Below, one piece after another: positions 20,948 to 29,747 of a stretch of DNA of 64,000 bases (position 1 is the stretch's first letter; the number at the start of each line of letters is the position of its first letter). Origin of the DNA: an uncultured Chloroflexia bacterium (GTDB lineage: Bacteria > Chloroflexota > Limnocylindria > Limnocylindrales > CSP1-4); contig CAVUGM010000006.1 in assembly GCA_963741085.1 (NCBI GenBank), positions 565,822-629,821 on the forward strand. The letters are read 5' to 3'. Both the position numbers and the translations under genes were made by a program. The notes below the pieces were generated by a model. That model had not been told where the DNA came from. It made no database searches and was given only the letters and a program-made list of their open reading frames with translations.

Positions 20948-21080
20948 CCGACCCGCCGCGAGGGGTGGTCCGCCCGGCGCCTCGGCCGGCCGAGGCGCCC
21001 ACCCGGCCGCCATCCGGTGTGTACACTCGGCTGCGCCGACCGCGCCGGCAATCGGCCCGGCAAGGAGGGAAGGCTCGTCC

Positions 21081-21870
21081 GTGCGGATCGTCGTGCTCGT
21101 CAAGCCGGTGCCCGACGCGACCGGCCAGGAGCGACTGCTGCCCGATGGGCGACTGGACCGGTCCGCCGCCCCGCCGGTGCTCAACGGCAACGACGAATAC
21201 ACGCTCGAGGCGGCGCTCCGGCTGGTGGATGCCGGCGGCGGCGACGTGACGCTGGTGGCGATGGGACCGCCGGGATCCCAGGACGCCCTCCGGAAGGGGC
21301 TCGCGATGGGCGCCGCGCGGGCCGTCCTCGTGCTCGGATGAGCGACTGGCGGGATCGTGCGCGCTCTCCACGCTGCGCGTCCTGGCCGCGGTCCTGCGGA
21401 CGCTCGACCACGACCTCGTGCTTGCCGGCGCCGACAGCGCGGATGGCGGTGGCGGGGTCGTGGGAGCCGGGATCGCGACCCTGCTCGACCTGCCGCTCGT
21501 GTCGGGCGCCGCCGCACTCGGGGTGCCGGCGATGGTCTGCTCCGCGTCCGCCGTGCTCGTCGCGCGACGGCGAGGAGACCGTCGAGGTGCGCCTGCCGGC
21601 CCTCGTCGTGGGGACCCAGCTCCTCGGCGAGCCGCGCTACCCGACGCTCGAAGGGGATCATGGGCGCCCGGTCGAAGGAGATCGTCGTCCTGTCGATCGA
21701 CGACCTCGGGCTGGACGTCCGGGACGTCGGCGGCGCGGCAGCCTCGACGGTCGTGCTCTCGCAGCGGCCACCTGCCGAGCGGGCTGCGACACGGGTGATC
21801 CGCGAGGTCGCCGGACGTCGCGGCGCGCGAGATCGTCGACCTGCTCGTGGCGCGCGGAGCGCTCCGTGAC
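21081..21870 (+). CDS. etfB: Electron transfer flavoprotein beta subunit; at least 3 frameshifts
   Basis: MRIVVLVKPVPD...NGNDEYTLEAAL (frame 0); LVLAGADSADGGGGVVGAGIATLLDLPLVSGAAAL (frame 1); VEVRLPALVVGTQLLGEPRYPTLEG (frame 2); IMGARSKEIVVLSIDDLGL (frame 0). Confidence 0.75.
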
Positions 21871-22880
21871 CGACGCGATCTGGTCGATGGCGGAGCTGGG
21901 CTCCGACGGGCTGCCGACCCGCCTGTCGTTCGAGGCGGCGACGGCCGCGCGGACTCCTGGCCGACGCCGCTGACCGTCCGTCGGCGGCGATCGTCGTCGC
22001 GCCCGGACCCGGCCCCGGCGGCGGATGCCCTGGCCGCATGTCGTGCGCCGCGTGCTGCGCAGTCCGTCTCGCGGCGACCCCGCCGACGCCGCGCGACGAT
22101 CGCGGCCGTCGTGTCCAGCCTCGCGGCGACCGAGGCGACCGGCGGTCGCTGCTGCTCGGCGCAACGCCCGACGGCCGCGAGGTCGCCGGGATCCTCGCGG
22201 CGCGTCTCGGACTCGGCGTCCTGGCCAACGCGAACGGCCATCTCCTGGTCGCCGGGCGGCGACGGCGCGCGGCGCCGGGCCGCGAGTGGAGAAGAGCGTC
22301 CTCGGCGGGCGGGCGGTGACGGTCTCGGCCTTCACCGACGGGCGCGGCATCGTGACGCTCCGTCCGGGGGCGATTCAGGCGGCCGCGCGGCGACCGCCGG
22401 GAGGTGCGCGCCGCGGAGGACGGCGCGCCGCGGTCGCCGTCCCCGGTGCAGGTCGTCGAGCGGCGCGGCGTGGAGCCGCGGGGCGCCAGCATCGAGGAGG
22501 CCTCGATCGTCGTGGCCGGCGGACGCGGCCTCGGCGGGCCGGCCGGGGTCGCTCTTGTCGAGGAGCTCGCCGCCAGCCCTCGGCGGCGCCGTCGCTGCGA
22601 CGCGGGCCGCGGTCGACGCCGGCTGGCTTGCCGTACGCGATCGCAGGTGGGGCAGACCGGGCAAGACGGTCCGGCCCTCCGTCTACCTTGGCGATCGGCG
22701 TCTCGGGCGCCATCCAGCACCGGGTCGGGATGCAGGACGCGGAGACGATCATCGCCGTGAACCGGGACCCGGACGCGCCCCTCGCCGAGCATGCCGACCT
22801 CTACGTCGTCGGGGACCTGTTCGAGGTCGTGCCCGCCGCTGACGTGGCCGCTCTCCGCGCGCGGGCGAGCGGCGATGACG
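21870..22880 (+). CDS. etfA: Electron transfer flavoprotein alpha subunit; multiple frameshifts
   Basis: EtfA blocks are spread over three frames: LLLGATPDGREVAGILAARLGLGVLANANGHL; EKSVLGGRAVTVSAFTDGRGIVTLRPGAIQ; VQVVERRGVEPRGASIEEASIVVAGGRGLG; YLAIGVSGAIQHRVGMQDAETIIAVNRDPDAPLAEHADLYVVGDLFEVVPA. Confidence 0.7.
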
Positions 22881-23520
22881 ATGACCGACGTGCTCGTCGT
22901 CGCCTCGCTCGTGCTCTTCGTCGCCCTCGTGGCGGCCTTCGTCTCGTCCTCCGCCGGACGGCCACGGTGGTCGCGAAGAGCGCGTGAGGACGAGGCGTTC
23001 CGCCGGGACGGCGCCTCGCTCGCGGATCGCGCGGGCGCGGCGATCGCGGCCGCGTGCCGAGCGGATCGACCGGGTCCGGCGACGCCAGGACGCCCCCGAC
23101 ACGATCGACGAGGTCCTCCCGGCGATGCTCGAGGAGCCTGGAGGGCTTCCTGGCCGAGGCCGAGGCGCTTGCCCCTCCGGCCGCGCTGGCACGTCTCGGG
23201 CTGCGCACTCGCCGAGGAGCTCGGCGAGCCACGCGGGCGGTCGAGATGGTCCAGCACGGCTGTTCGCGCTTCTCGGTCACCGCGGGACGCCCCCGCGAGA
23301 TGGAAGGCGAGACATCGGTCAAGCGCGGGTACCTGAACCTTCTGCATGCGCGCGAGGCGCTGGTCACGCTCGGCGTGGACCTGCGCTCCGGGCCGTGCCG
23401 ACACCAGCCGCTGGTTCAGCGACCGCGGCAGCGGCGATTGACCGCGCATCCACGCAGGCACCTTGATCGGCCCGCCTCGACCACCGTATGTCGTGGTATG
23501 GTCGCGGCAGGCCACTAGAT
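22872..23520 (+). CDS. Possible hypothetical gene (N-terminal TM helix), reading frame uncertain or fragmented
   Basis: [23 protein letters not shown]... followed in other frames by protein-like stretches ([15 protein letters not shown]; [48 protein letters not shown]). No confident family assignment. Confidence 0.2.
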
Positions 23521-23547
23521 GTTGTGGTGGAGGCGCAGGAGGACCGG

Positions 23548-24010
23548 ATGCGCTGTCCGACGTGCGAGGAGCGCGACACCCGGGTGATCGACTCCCGGGA
23601 CCTCGACGAGGCCGGCGACGATCCGACGCCGGCGCGAGTGCGTCGCCTGCGGCGCGCGCTTCACCACCTACGAGCGCGATGGAGGCGGCGCGCCTGGTCG
23701 TCGTCAAGCGCGACGGGGCGCGCCAGGAGTTCGATCGCGAGAAGCTTGCCGCCGGTCTGCGCAAGGCCCTCACGCGGCGACCCGTACCCGAGGGCGCGGC
23801 GGAGCAGGCCGTCGACGAGATCGAGGCGACGCTCCGCGCGGCCGGCGCCGACCGAGGTGGACTCCTCGCGGGTCGGGGAGCTCGCCATGGAGCAGCTGCG
23901 GGCGCTCGACCAGATCGCCTACATCCGGTTCGCCAGCGTCTACCAGTCCTTCGAGGACCTGGAGACGCTCAAGCGCGAGGTCGACTCCCTGTACGCGCGA
24001 GCGCGAGCCC
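23548..24010 (+). CDS. nrdR: Transcriptional repressor NrdR; at least 3 frameshifts
   Basis: [24 protein letters not shown] (zinc ribbon); [13 protein letters not shown] (next frame); [32 protein letters not shown] (ATP-cone); [34 protein letters not shown] (another frame). Confidence 0.75.
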
Positions 24011-24031
24011 GGCAGCTCTGGGGCACCGGTC

Positions 24032-24645
24032 GTGAGCGTCCTCTCCGATCGCGACATCCGGGCGGAGCTCGAGGCCGGCCGGATCCGCATCGAGCCGTAC
24101 GACCCGGCCGACCTCCAGCCCTCGTCGGTGGACCTGCACCTCGACCGCAGCTTCCGCGTCTTCCGCAACAACCGCTACGCGTTCATCGACCCTCGCGAGG
24201 CGCAGCCCGACCTGACCGAGCTCCTCGAGGTCCGCGACGACGAGCCGTTCATCCTCCACCCGGGCGAGTTCGTCCTCGGGCAGACGCTCGAGTGGGTCGA
24301 GCTGCCGACCGACCTCGTGGCCCGCCTCGAGGGGAAGAGCAGCCTGGGCCGGCTCGGGCTCCTGATCCACTCGACCGCCGGCTACGTGGACCCGGGCTGG
24401 AAGGGAACGCTCACCCTCGAGCTGAGCAACGTCGCCAACCTGCCGATCGCGCTCTATCCGGGGATGCGGATCGGCCAGGTCAGCTTCTTCCGCATGTCGA
24501 GCCCCGTGGAGCGGCCCGTACGGCAGCGCCGAGCTCGGCTCGAAGTACCAGGGCCAGAGCCAGCCCACGGCGTCGGCGTTCCACCGCGACTTCGACGCCC
24601 GGCGGAAGCTGCCCGGGCCGACGCTGACCACTCGATGGCGCTGAA
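24032..24645 (+). CDS. dcd: dCTP deaminase; frameshift near 24525
   Basis: [13 protein letters not shown]...IEPYDP...[10 protein letters not shown]...[15 protein letters not shown]...[10 protein letters not shown]. The C-terminal [13 protein letters not shown] is in an adjacent frame. Confidence 0.8.
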
Positions 24646-24649
24646 CGAC

Positions 24650-25499
24650 GCCGTTCACTGGTCGGCCGACCTCGGGCGGCGGGACGCGGGTCGCGCTGGT
24701 CCAGGCCGGGACCTTCCGGTCCGACGCCGGCGCCCTCTTCGGACCGGCGCCGCGGGTCCTGTGGGACCGGCTGGTGGTGGACGAGATCGACGCTCAGCAC
24801 CGGCTGCTGCAGGCGCTCAACTGCCTGCTGGTCGAGACGCCGGCCGGACGCGTCCTCGTGGAGACCGGGATCGGCGAGCGCCTCGACGAACGCGGCCGAG
24901 CGTGGCGCGGGCTGGACGGCGAGCCCGATCGTGCCGACGCTCGAGCGCGCCGGCTTCGACCCGGCGACAGTCGACGTCGTGGCGATGAGCCACCTCCACT
25001 ACGACCACGCCGGTGGCCTGCTTCGCGCGGACGGGACGCGGGCGTTCCCGCGAGCCCGGATCGTCGCCCAGCGCGCCGAGTGGGAGATCGCCCTCTCGGA
25101 CAACCCGCGGATCGTCGCCTCGTACGACCAGCCGGAGCTGCGCCTGGTGCGCGGATGGGGCGACGCGGGCGCGGCCGACGGCGAGGTGGAGCTGCTGCCC
25201 GGGTGTCTGGGCCGTCCCGACGGGCGGGCACACGGCCGGCCACCAGGCGATCGTCGTGCGGGCACCTGCCACGACGCTGGCTTTCTTCGGCGACATCGCG
25301 ATGCGGCCGTGGTCGGCCAACCCGCGCTGGATCCCGGCCTTCGACGACTTCCCGCTCGACGCGGTGGCGCGTCAAGGCGACGCTCTTCGCCCGCGCAGCG
25401 GCGGAGCGCTGGACCGTCGTCCTCTCCCACGAGCTGCAGCATCCGGTGGGACGGCTCGTGCCCGATCGCGATCGCTTCGCCTGGGAGCCCCTGGCCTAG
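24650..25499 (+). CDS. MBL-fold metallo-hydrolase (lactonase-like); at least 3 frameshifts
   Basis: [17 protein letters not shown] (frame 0); [17 protein letters not shown] (HxHxDH zinc motif; frame 1); [15 protein letters not shown] (frame 2); TVVLSHE (frame 0). Confidence 0.6.
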
Positions 25500-26220
25500 G
25501 GAGCCGCCGAGGACGCCGGGACCTGGCTCGCGGCCGGCGTCCCGATCCCCGGCGCGACGAGCCCGAGCCCCGCGAGGTTCGCGGCCACGATCTCCGGTGT
25601 CACCGGGCCCTGGACGATCGACCGGATGATCCCGTTCGCGTCGAGGAAGTAGTGCGTGGGCAGGCCGAAGACCTTGTAGCGCCGGTAGACGTCGCCTGTC
25701 AGGTCGGCAGCGATGGTGTAGCCCAGGTCGTACTTCTCGGCGTAGGCCCGGACGTCGTCCTCGCGTCGCCTCCTGGACGCTGATGCCGACCACGCGCGAG
25801 CCCCTGCGGCGCGTAGGCCGCGGCCGTGTCGCGGACGATTGGCAGTCTCGGCCTGGCAGGGCGGGCACCAGCTGGCCCAGAAGGTGATCCAGACCGGGTG
25901 TCCGCGGAGGTCGGCCAGCCGAACCGGGCGTCCCGAGATGTCGCGCAGCGGCGCCGGGCAGCCGTCGGGCCCGACCACGACCAGCTCTGGGGCGCGGTCG
26001 CCCACGTGGAGGCCCGGGCCGGGGAGCCGATGACGTACTGCGTGGCTCGCGGGTCGGCAGGCGAAGGGACCGCGGACGTCGCGACCAACGGATGCGTCGC
26101 CACGACGAGGACGATCGCCGCCAGGAGGATGACGCCGAGCGTCGTCGCGAGCTGGCGGCCGGTGAAGGGCCCGACGAGGCCACGTCGCGTCTCGGGCGGA
26201 TCGGAGTGGGGGAGGGTCAT
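25496..26220 (-). CDS. TlpA/ResA-like thiol-disulfide oxidoreductase (thioredoxin fold, N-terminal membrane anchor); frameshifts
   Basis: TM anchor LATTLGVILLAAIVLVVATHP; VWITFWASWCPPCQAE (CxxC) in the second frame; YKVFGLPTHYFLDANGII in the third frame. Confidence 0.65.
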
Positions 26221-27057
26221 GCCGCTAGACCCCGGGCGCGAGGCGCGAGAACCAGCTGAGCCCCACGAAGAGGCCGAGGCCGTCCATCAACATCAGGACG
26301 CCAACCACAGCCACCAGGAGCCCCCCGACGAAGCTCACCGTCTGGCCGTGGCGGACCAGCGGTCGGACCAGAACCGGCGCCCGGTCGTAGACCACGCCGA
26401 GGAGAATGAACGGAATGCCGAGGCCGAGGGTGTAGGCGAGGAGGAGCAGACCGCCCTGCAGCGTCGTGCCGGACGGCTGCGGCGAGAGTCAGGATGCTGC
26501 CCGAGGATGATCCCGATGCACGGCGTCCAGCCCACGGCGAAGACGACGCCGAGGCCGAACGACGACAGGACGCCGCCCCGGCCGCCGACGATGCGCCCGC
26601 CAAGCCGCTCGCCGAGCCCTGGGTCCCCTGACGGCCCCGCGGCGGCGAGCGCGACCGTGCCAGTCTGCTGGGCGAGGGCGCCGGCCGCGCCGGCCTCGAG
26701 CGGGCGCCACGTCCGGTCGAGCGCGGGGATGCGCAGGATCCCTGCCAGGTTGAGGCCCATCACGATCAGCAGGATGCCGCCGATCGTGCGGAAGGCCGGC
26801 AGGTAGTCGGCCAGGGGCCCGCCCACGAAGGTCGCAGTGATGCCCAGGATCGTGAAGACGACGCCGAACCCCAGCACGTAGGCGACGGCATGGCGGACCG
26901 CGAGCCAGCGCGATGGCACGGCGTTCGCCCGCCCCACCACCGCGACAACCGTTAGCTGGCCGATGTAGGCCGGCACGAGCGGCAGGACGCAGGGCGACAG
27001 GAAGCTCAGCAGCCCGGCGCCGAACGCGACAAGGAGCGTGAGGTCCGCCGGGTCCAT
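26217..27057 (-). CDS. ccdA: Cytochrome c-type biogenesis protein CcdA (DsbD transmembrane domain family); frameshift near 26480
   Basis: LLVAFGAGLLSFLSPCVLPLVPAYIG...GGVLSSFGLGVVFAVGWTPCIGIILG with two conserved Cys. Stop overlaps the TlpA-like start, a typical ccdA-resA arrangement. Confidence 0.7.
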
Positions 27058-27335
27058 CAGGGATACCGGTCGTCGAGGAAGGTACGGATAGGACCGAGCT
27101 GGGTCGCGAGCGGCAGGCTCCAGTCGCCGGCGACGAGCACCGGGATCGTCTCGAAGTACGCGCGTTCAGCGGCGGGATCGTCGGCGATGCGGCGGACGAC
27201 GAGTGTCGGCACGGGACGGCCGGCCGCAGCGCGTTCGGCGAGGAGCAGGTGGAGCAGCTCAGCCGTCTCCTCGCACAGGTGACAGCGGTCGGAGCGCCAC
27301 AGCACGAGGTCGGGGAGGGGAGCGGGGACCGTCAT
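27057..27335 (-). CDS. Glutaredoxin-like thioredoxin-fold protein (DUF836-like)
   Basis: 92 aa with VLWRSDRCHLCEE (a CxxC variant) ...IPVLVAGDWS. Confidence 0.55.
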   Translation of the reverse strand: MTVPAPLPDLVLWRSDRCHLCEETAELLHLLLAERAAAGRPVPTLVVRRIADDPAAERAYFETIPVLVAGDWSLPLATQLGPIRTFLDDRYP

Positions 27336-27470
27336 CGGGCGCGATTGTACGGCGCGTCGCCACGAACCCTGCCGGGACGGCAGGTGTGCGCGAGACTCCG
27401 GTTTCGGCAGGCCCGCCGGAACCGCCCGCCCCGGGCACGTCGCTGCGCCGGCGCTACGATGGCGGTCCGC

Positions 27471-27546
27471 GCCCCCGTAGCTCAGTGGATAGAGCGAGGC
27501 CGTCCTAAGGCCTGCGTCGGCGGTTCGAGTCCGTCCGGGGGCGCCA
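27471..27546 (+). tRNA. tRNA-Arg (anticodon CCT)
   Basis: Manual cloverleaf: acceptor GCCCCCG/CGGGGGC; D-arm GCTC-AGTGGATA-GAGC; anticodon stem AGGCC/GGCCT with loop G-T-CCT-A-A; T-arm GGCGG-TTCGAGT-CCGTC; encoded CCA. Confidence 0.85.
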
Positions 27547-27950
27547 TAGCAACGCAGCAGGCTCGAAGAACGGGCGAGCAGGCGGCGTCCACTCGATGGA
27601 CTCGGGTTCGACGGTCCGGCCCTTGGCCTTGACCCGCTCGACGAGGAGCTGCACCAGCTCGGCGAGCTGCGACCGGGTCGCCCGATCCACGTTTTCGGCC
27701 ATCGTGACCATGACGCGGCGGTTGCGGTCGAAGGCCACGAGCTTGTTCGGGTCCGGCAGCTCCGCCAGCATCGTGCGGGTCTCGGCCATCTCCCGGCGGT
27801 ACGCCTCGTCCGTCAGATCGCCCCACGAGTACAGCTTCGGGAGCTTCGAAAGGCGGGTCTCGAGCCGGCGGCGCTTCGCCCCGACGAGATCCGCATCAGG
27901 AACCTGAAGCCTTCGCGCCAGCTCTGCCCGCGCCTCGTCGATGGACTTGG
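27505..27950 (-). pseudogene. Recombinase/integrase-like C-terminal remnant whose last 14 codons are the antisense of the tRNA-Arg 3' half
   Basis: Protein-like segment SIDEARAELARRLQVPDADLVGAKRRRLETRLSKLPKLYSWGDLTDEAYRREMAETRTMLAEL...VERVKAKGRTVEPESIEWTPP resembles the coiled-coil C-terminal region of large site-specific recombinases. The N-terminal ~30 aa of the ORF are R-rich noise and there is no catalytic domain. The C-terminus WRPRTDSNRRRRP* is encoded by the reverse complement of tRNA positions about 35-76. Confidence 0.3.
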
Positions 27951-28096
27951 GCGGCAGCGGTGCGGCGGCACGGCACCGGCGGCGGGCGCTCGCGAGCCTG
28001 CCAGCCGGCCTCGCGCATGCAACCACCACCAGATCAGCCCGGAAGTGAGCATCGGCCGCCGACAGCGCGAGCCGCGAGCCCCGCTATGCTGCCGAG

Positions 28097-28366
28097 ATGA
28101 CCAAGCAGGCTCCGCCTCCCATCGTCGTCCTCGGGCGCGACACCTGCGAGGACACCACCCGATCTCGCGCCGTACTTGCAGGGCGACGGATCCCCTTCAC
28201 CTACTGGAGGGTGGACGAGGACGCTGCCGCCGATGCGTGGATCCGCCGCTTGAACGACGGCGGGTCGCGCACCCCGACGATCCTCATCGGCGACCCGAAT
28301 CGGCCCGACATGATCCTTCGCGAGCCGTCGGACGAGGCGCTCCTAGAAGCCCTTGGCCTCGCCTGA
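28097..28366 (+). CDS. Glutaredoxin/NrdH/mycoredoxin-like small redoxin
   Basis: 89 aa: IVVLGRDTCEDTTRSRAVLAGRRIPFTYWRVDED...RTPTILIGD, thioredoxin fold with a CxxT-type active site. Confidence 0.6.
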   Translation: MTKQAPPPIVVLGRDTCEDTTRSRAVLAGRRIPFTYWRVDEDAAADAWIRRLNDGGSRTPTILIGDPNRPDMILREPSDEALLEALGLA

Positions 28367-28560
28367 TCCGAGGCATCTCGTGCCGCCCGCCCAACAAGTC
28401 AGGAGCTCGGTGGCGTCATTACGCCCCGCCGACCCGCTTGACAACGTCCCTACGCGATCTCGATGGACCGGCAGATGTAGCTCGGAACGTATGTGATGCG
28501 GATCAGCAGGATCGGTGACGGCAAGGCCAGCGGCTGGCGGTTGGCGGCGAACTGGACGAG

Positions 28561-28995
28561 TCAGGCATTCGGCGGGGCCAGCAGGGGCCCAAGCGTCTCC
28601 ATTAGGTCCGGCGTGGTGATCGGGTCGTCTTCTGTGATCTTGCCGTTGGCAAGGCCGTAGTAGGTCAGGCCCCGGCCCGAGATCTTCTCCCCGTTGGCGA
28701 GGGTGTATTCGAAGGAGAAGCGGGCGACGACGGCATCCCCTTCGGCGATCAGGTCGGCGATCTTGAACTCACGAGCGGGTATGGCCGCAGCCATCGCAGC
28801 CAACGTCGCTTTGAAGCCCGCGACGTCCATGCCCCCCATCGCACGGTTCACGTAGTTCGGGGCAAACAGCTCGTCGATCACATCGACGTTGCCACCATCG
28901 AGTGTCTCGGTGATGAAGCGGCGGACGACGGCCTTGTTCTGCTCCGGAGACGCCACAGTGACCCCCTTCTGGGCGCAGGCGCGCCCATCCCGGAG
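28561..28995 (-). CDS. SnoaL-like / ester cyclase (NTF2-like superfamily)
   Basis: SPEQNKAVVRRFITETLDGGNVDVIDELFAPNYVN...FKATLAAMAAAIPAREFKIADLIAEGDAVVARFSFEYTL...GRGLTYYGLANGKITE. GTG start 7 nt after the AAGGGGG Shine-Dalgarno. Confidence 0.65.
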   Translation of the reverse strand, partial: LRDGRACAQKGVTVASPEQNKAVVRRFITETLDGGNVDVIDELFAPNYVNRAMGGMDVAGFKATLAAMAAAIPAREFKIADLIAEGDAVVARFSFEYTLANGEKISGRGLTYYGLANGKITEDDPITTPDLMETLGPLLAPPNA

Positions 28996-29112
28996 GGTCG
29001 GTCTCGCCATTGGCCCAGCGCGACGGTCGTGGCGACCGTATGAGGACGCCGCACTGGTTGGACCTCGCGGTCCGCTGCCACCCCCGGATCGGCGGAGTAT
29101 GCCACGGCCGTG
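28996..29112 (-). promoter_or_regulatory. Conserved structured 5'-UTR RNA motif (candidate riboswitch/cis-regulator), copy 1
   Basis: Sense (minus-strand) sequence: GGCAUACUCCGCC...GGGGG...hairpin GGACC-GCGA-GGUCC...CCAACCAGUGCGGCGUC...hairpin ACGGUCG-CCA-CGACCGU...GCUGGGCCAAUGGCGAGACCGACC, then a ~35-nt linker and the SD. It is about 90% identical to copy 2 and shares the 3' core with copies 3 and 4. Confidence 0.45.
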
Positions 29113-29394
29113 TTTCCTGTCCCAGCCCGGGTTCGCGGCCATGCGCAGCCGCCGTCATGCGCGCCTAAGCGACCTCCGAGGCACCGTTGCCGCTGGGGTC
29201 GTTCGTTACGGGCTGCGGCTCGACGCGGCTCGAAAGTTGGATAGTGTCGGCGCTACTCCTCCCGCCCCGACCAGTTGTGCGAGACACCCCTGAGCCGGAC
29301 CCACCTGGTCTGGCTCTTCCGCTGCCGGTGGGACCCGGATGTGGACCGTTGGCCGCCCGGACCTGCCCTCCTGCGCGTCCGCGAACGCCATCAG

Positions 29395-29747
29395 CTGCGC
29401 AGGACCTTCTCCAGCGCCCGGCCCTTCGCGAGCTCGTCCACGAGCTTGTCGAGGTACCGGATCCGCTGCATGAGCGGGTCCTCGATCGCCTCGACGCGCA
29501 CCCCGCAGACGACGCCCGTGATGAGCGCTGCGTTGGGGTTCAGGCGCGCCCCAGCGAAGAAGTCCGCGAAGGTCGAGCCGGCGGCGAGGTGCTGGTCCAG
29601 CTTCGGACTGGTCGTACCCGGTCAGCCAGCGGATCACCGCGTCGAGCTCGTCCCGGGTGCGGCCCTTCTTCTCGACCTTCGCGAGGTAGAGCGGGTAGAC
29701 CGAGGCCAGGGTCGTGGTGAAGATCCGGTGTCCAGTCGATCCGCTCA
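29395..29747 (-). CDS. DUF2200-family protein; frameshift near 29590
   Basis: [47 protein letters not shown]. After a 1-nt shift it continues [62 protein letters not shown]. Confidence 0.6.

Noticed and set aside
23364-23579. LexA/NrdR-box-like palindromes upstream of nrdR
   Set aside because: Only weak partial palindromes were seen (cactagatgttgtggtgg). No convincing SOS box (TCGAAC-N4-GTTCGA) or NrdR box.
19589-23773. 1394-aa ORF on the minus strand
   Set aside because: Runs antisense across EtfD-like/etfB/etfA/nrdR. Composition is Arg/Pro/Ser/Ala-biased noise. The real genes are on the plus strand.
28996-29112. Assignment of the 5'-UTR motif to a known riboswitch class (ZTP/pfl, guanidine-I/II/III, SAM-II/IV, c-di-AMP, fluoride, glycine)
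   Set aside because: Compared by eye with remembered consensus features (e.g. ZTP GGGUCGUGAC...CCGCCUGGGCA pseudoknot, ACGR loops of guanidine-II). None fits the conserved UGGCGAGACCGACC core and hairpin arrangement. This cannot be excluded without a covariance-model search.
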